Source: Raillietiella orientalis | Lineage: Eukaryota | Direction of reading: 5' to 3' | Assembly (NCBI GenBank): GCA_036172245.1 | Contig: JAYWIR010000003.1 | Coordinates: forward strand, 6,510,001-6,574,000 | DNA length: 64,000 bases | Shown: positions 62,310-64,000 of the stretch, one piece after another | Layout: every line of letters begins with the position of its first letter | Position numbering within the stretch: position 1 is the stretch's first letter | Notes under the pieces: model-generated | What the model was told of the DNA's origin: nothing | What the model saw: the letters and a program-made list of their open reading frames with translations, nothing else | Databases searched by the model: none | Translations under genes and position numbers: made by a program

Positions 62310-64000
62310 TTCCCCTTCCGTCCACCTTCTTCCGCCGCCAGGTCGGCTCTTCTTCCCTGCCCCCCGGGCTGCCCGACCGGGCGCCCGACGTCGGGTATGG
62401 GCCGGGGGGAACGCACCTCCCTCTCCTGCCGGCGCTTCGCACAACCGTGGAAACCTCTGGATAAACGCGCGGCGCACGGAAAAGGGAGCAGAAGGAAGAG
62501 CAAGGGAGGGACGCTCCAAACCCGTCCTTTTCCCCCTGCTTTTTGCTTTTCCTGCGCGCCTTACGGCCGCTGCTCGTTTCTCCGCGTGGCTTCCGTTTTC
62601 GCACGGCGCGGCCGCAGAACGGCCGACATCGCGCCCGCCGTCTCAACCGATCGCATTATGAAATCACTTCCGAAGTTTTGCTCGCGGAAAACAAACGCGC
62701 CTACCGCACGCGCGCAGCAACATCCATCCAGTCCGTAAAAATTCGGAACGCACGCACGCATTCATATACATATATGTATAATATACATATATGTGTGTAT
62801 GTATACGTGTGCGTGCGTGTGTGCGTGCTCGGGGCATCGGAAACGGCCAATAGGCGAAAACACCCCAGCAGCAGCAGCGGCGCCCTTTCCCATCGCAACT
62901 GGGTGTCTTGCTGCATCGCTATCGCGGGCGAGTGGGGCCTGACACGTGCAGCTCCCCACTCAGCCACGGCTCTTCCTCGGCCGGATTGCAACAGAACTCC
63001 GCCTCGATCTTGCAATCCGTTATTATCGGCCCAGGGCGCGCGTTTCCTAGGTGAGCGCGTCTGTGCGTGTCCCTTCCCTTCACCCCCCCGGTCCATCTCC
63101 AAGCGCGCAGCGCCTCTCGCGGAGACGCTGCCGGGATGCTCTCAAGCGCGCTCCGCTCTCACGCGGGGCTTGAGGGAAAAGGAAAGCGCAGCATCCCAAC
63201 CGCCCGGTGGGAAGCGACGCTGCCCCAGGAACCGCCTCCGGTACGCGCCCGAGGATGCGAGCGTCCACCACCTTCCGCCGGGAATGAGGTTTACTGCCAC
63301 CCACGTTAGGGCGGCGGGGGAAGAGCTGCGGTTGCCGTGGCGAAGGGGTGGACACGAACAATAAGGGCAAACGCCGGGGCGCTGGAGGGCTCCGCGGCGA
63401 CCCGACCCATCCTCTAGTGGCGGTGACGAAACCCGTGACCGGCAGCGGAAACCCGGACACGCCTGCCGCCAGGAGGCAGGGGGGGGGGGGGAAGGAGGAA
63501 GGACTCGCTCCCCGGGATGCTGCGCGGCCTTGGCGGCCACAGGAGGCAGCCAGTCAGTCGGGGAGGCTGCGGACCAAACGAGTGGCAGCAGCAGAGCCGC
63601 TGCTGCGGCGCCCCGGCACGCCGATGGCCTTCCCTTCTCAGGAGATGGCGGAAGAAGGGGAGGGGGGGAGGGGACGTTTTCCAATTACCCCCTTCCCGCC
63701 CTGGGAAAAAAAATCCTCGGGAACGCCCCCGAGACGTCCTCAGGTTGGAGAAGTGGTCTCTACCGGGTGCGCCAGAGAGGGATGTCGGCGCCCTCTTAGA
63801 GGCGGCGGGGGGACCCGGAAGGATGCAGTCGTTCCTACCAAACTTTTTATTGAAGGATGCTGTGCACCTGGAAGGGGAGGGGAAGGAGAGGGGGTTGGCG
63901 GGAAGTGACGTGTCCCGAGCACACTCCCGTCATCTCTGATTTCTGGTGGCTGCTGTCCGAGTGTTCCCGATGAAGACCACACGCCGCAGGATGGGCAGGG

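Noticed and set aside
59725..62646. 973-aa minus-strand ORF and overlapping long ORFs
   Set aside because: R/P/G/A-rich, crosses a (GT)n microsatellite and G/C homopolymers, no domain recognised. Expected from stop-codon scarcity at very high GC.

Overview
Eukaryotic, very probably arthropod, genomic DNA with spliced genes; most ORF-track entries are GC-rich shadow ORFs. (1) 768-9723 (+): NAA25/psidin, the NatB auxiliary subunit, with 14 exons in the window (first exon not found). It lies in an AT-rich, CpG-poor block that switches abruptly to GC/CpG-rich DNA near 9.9 kb. (2) 17010-18531 (+): a predicted 5-exon, 374-aa type I membrane protein: signal peptide, Pro/Thr/Ala mucin-like stalk, transmembrane helix, and a cytoplasmic sigma-class-like GST fold that has lost its glutathione-site residues. 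This is the most unusual object in the window. (3) A tandem minus-strand GATA4/5/6 cluster in the order serpent-like (C-finger only), GATAe-like (degenerate N-finger), pannier (two fingers), with dense GATA and Fox site clusters in front of the GATAe-like gene. (4) Mobile DNA: a 1.23-kb internally deleted piggyBac with TIRs, a second piggyBac fossil in an NAA25 intron, two copies of a tRNA-headed SINE-like repeat, and weaker Penelope-like and hAT-like fossils. Gene models were built by hand from splice signals, codon phase and remembered family motifs. No searches were run.
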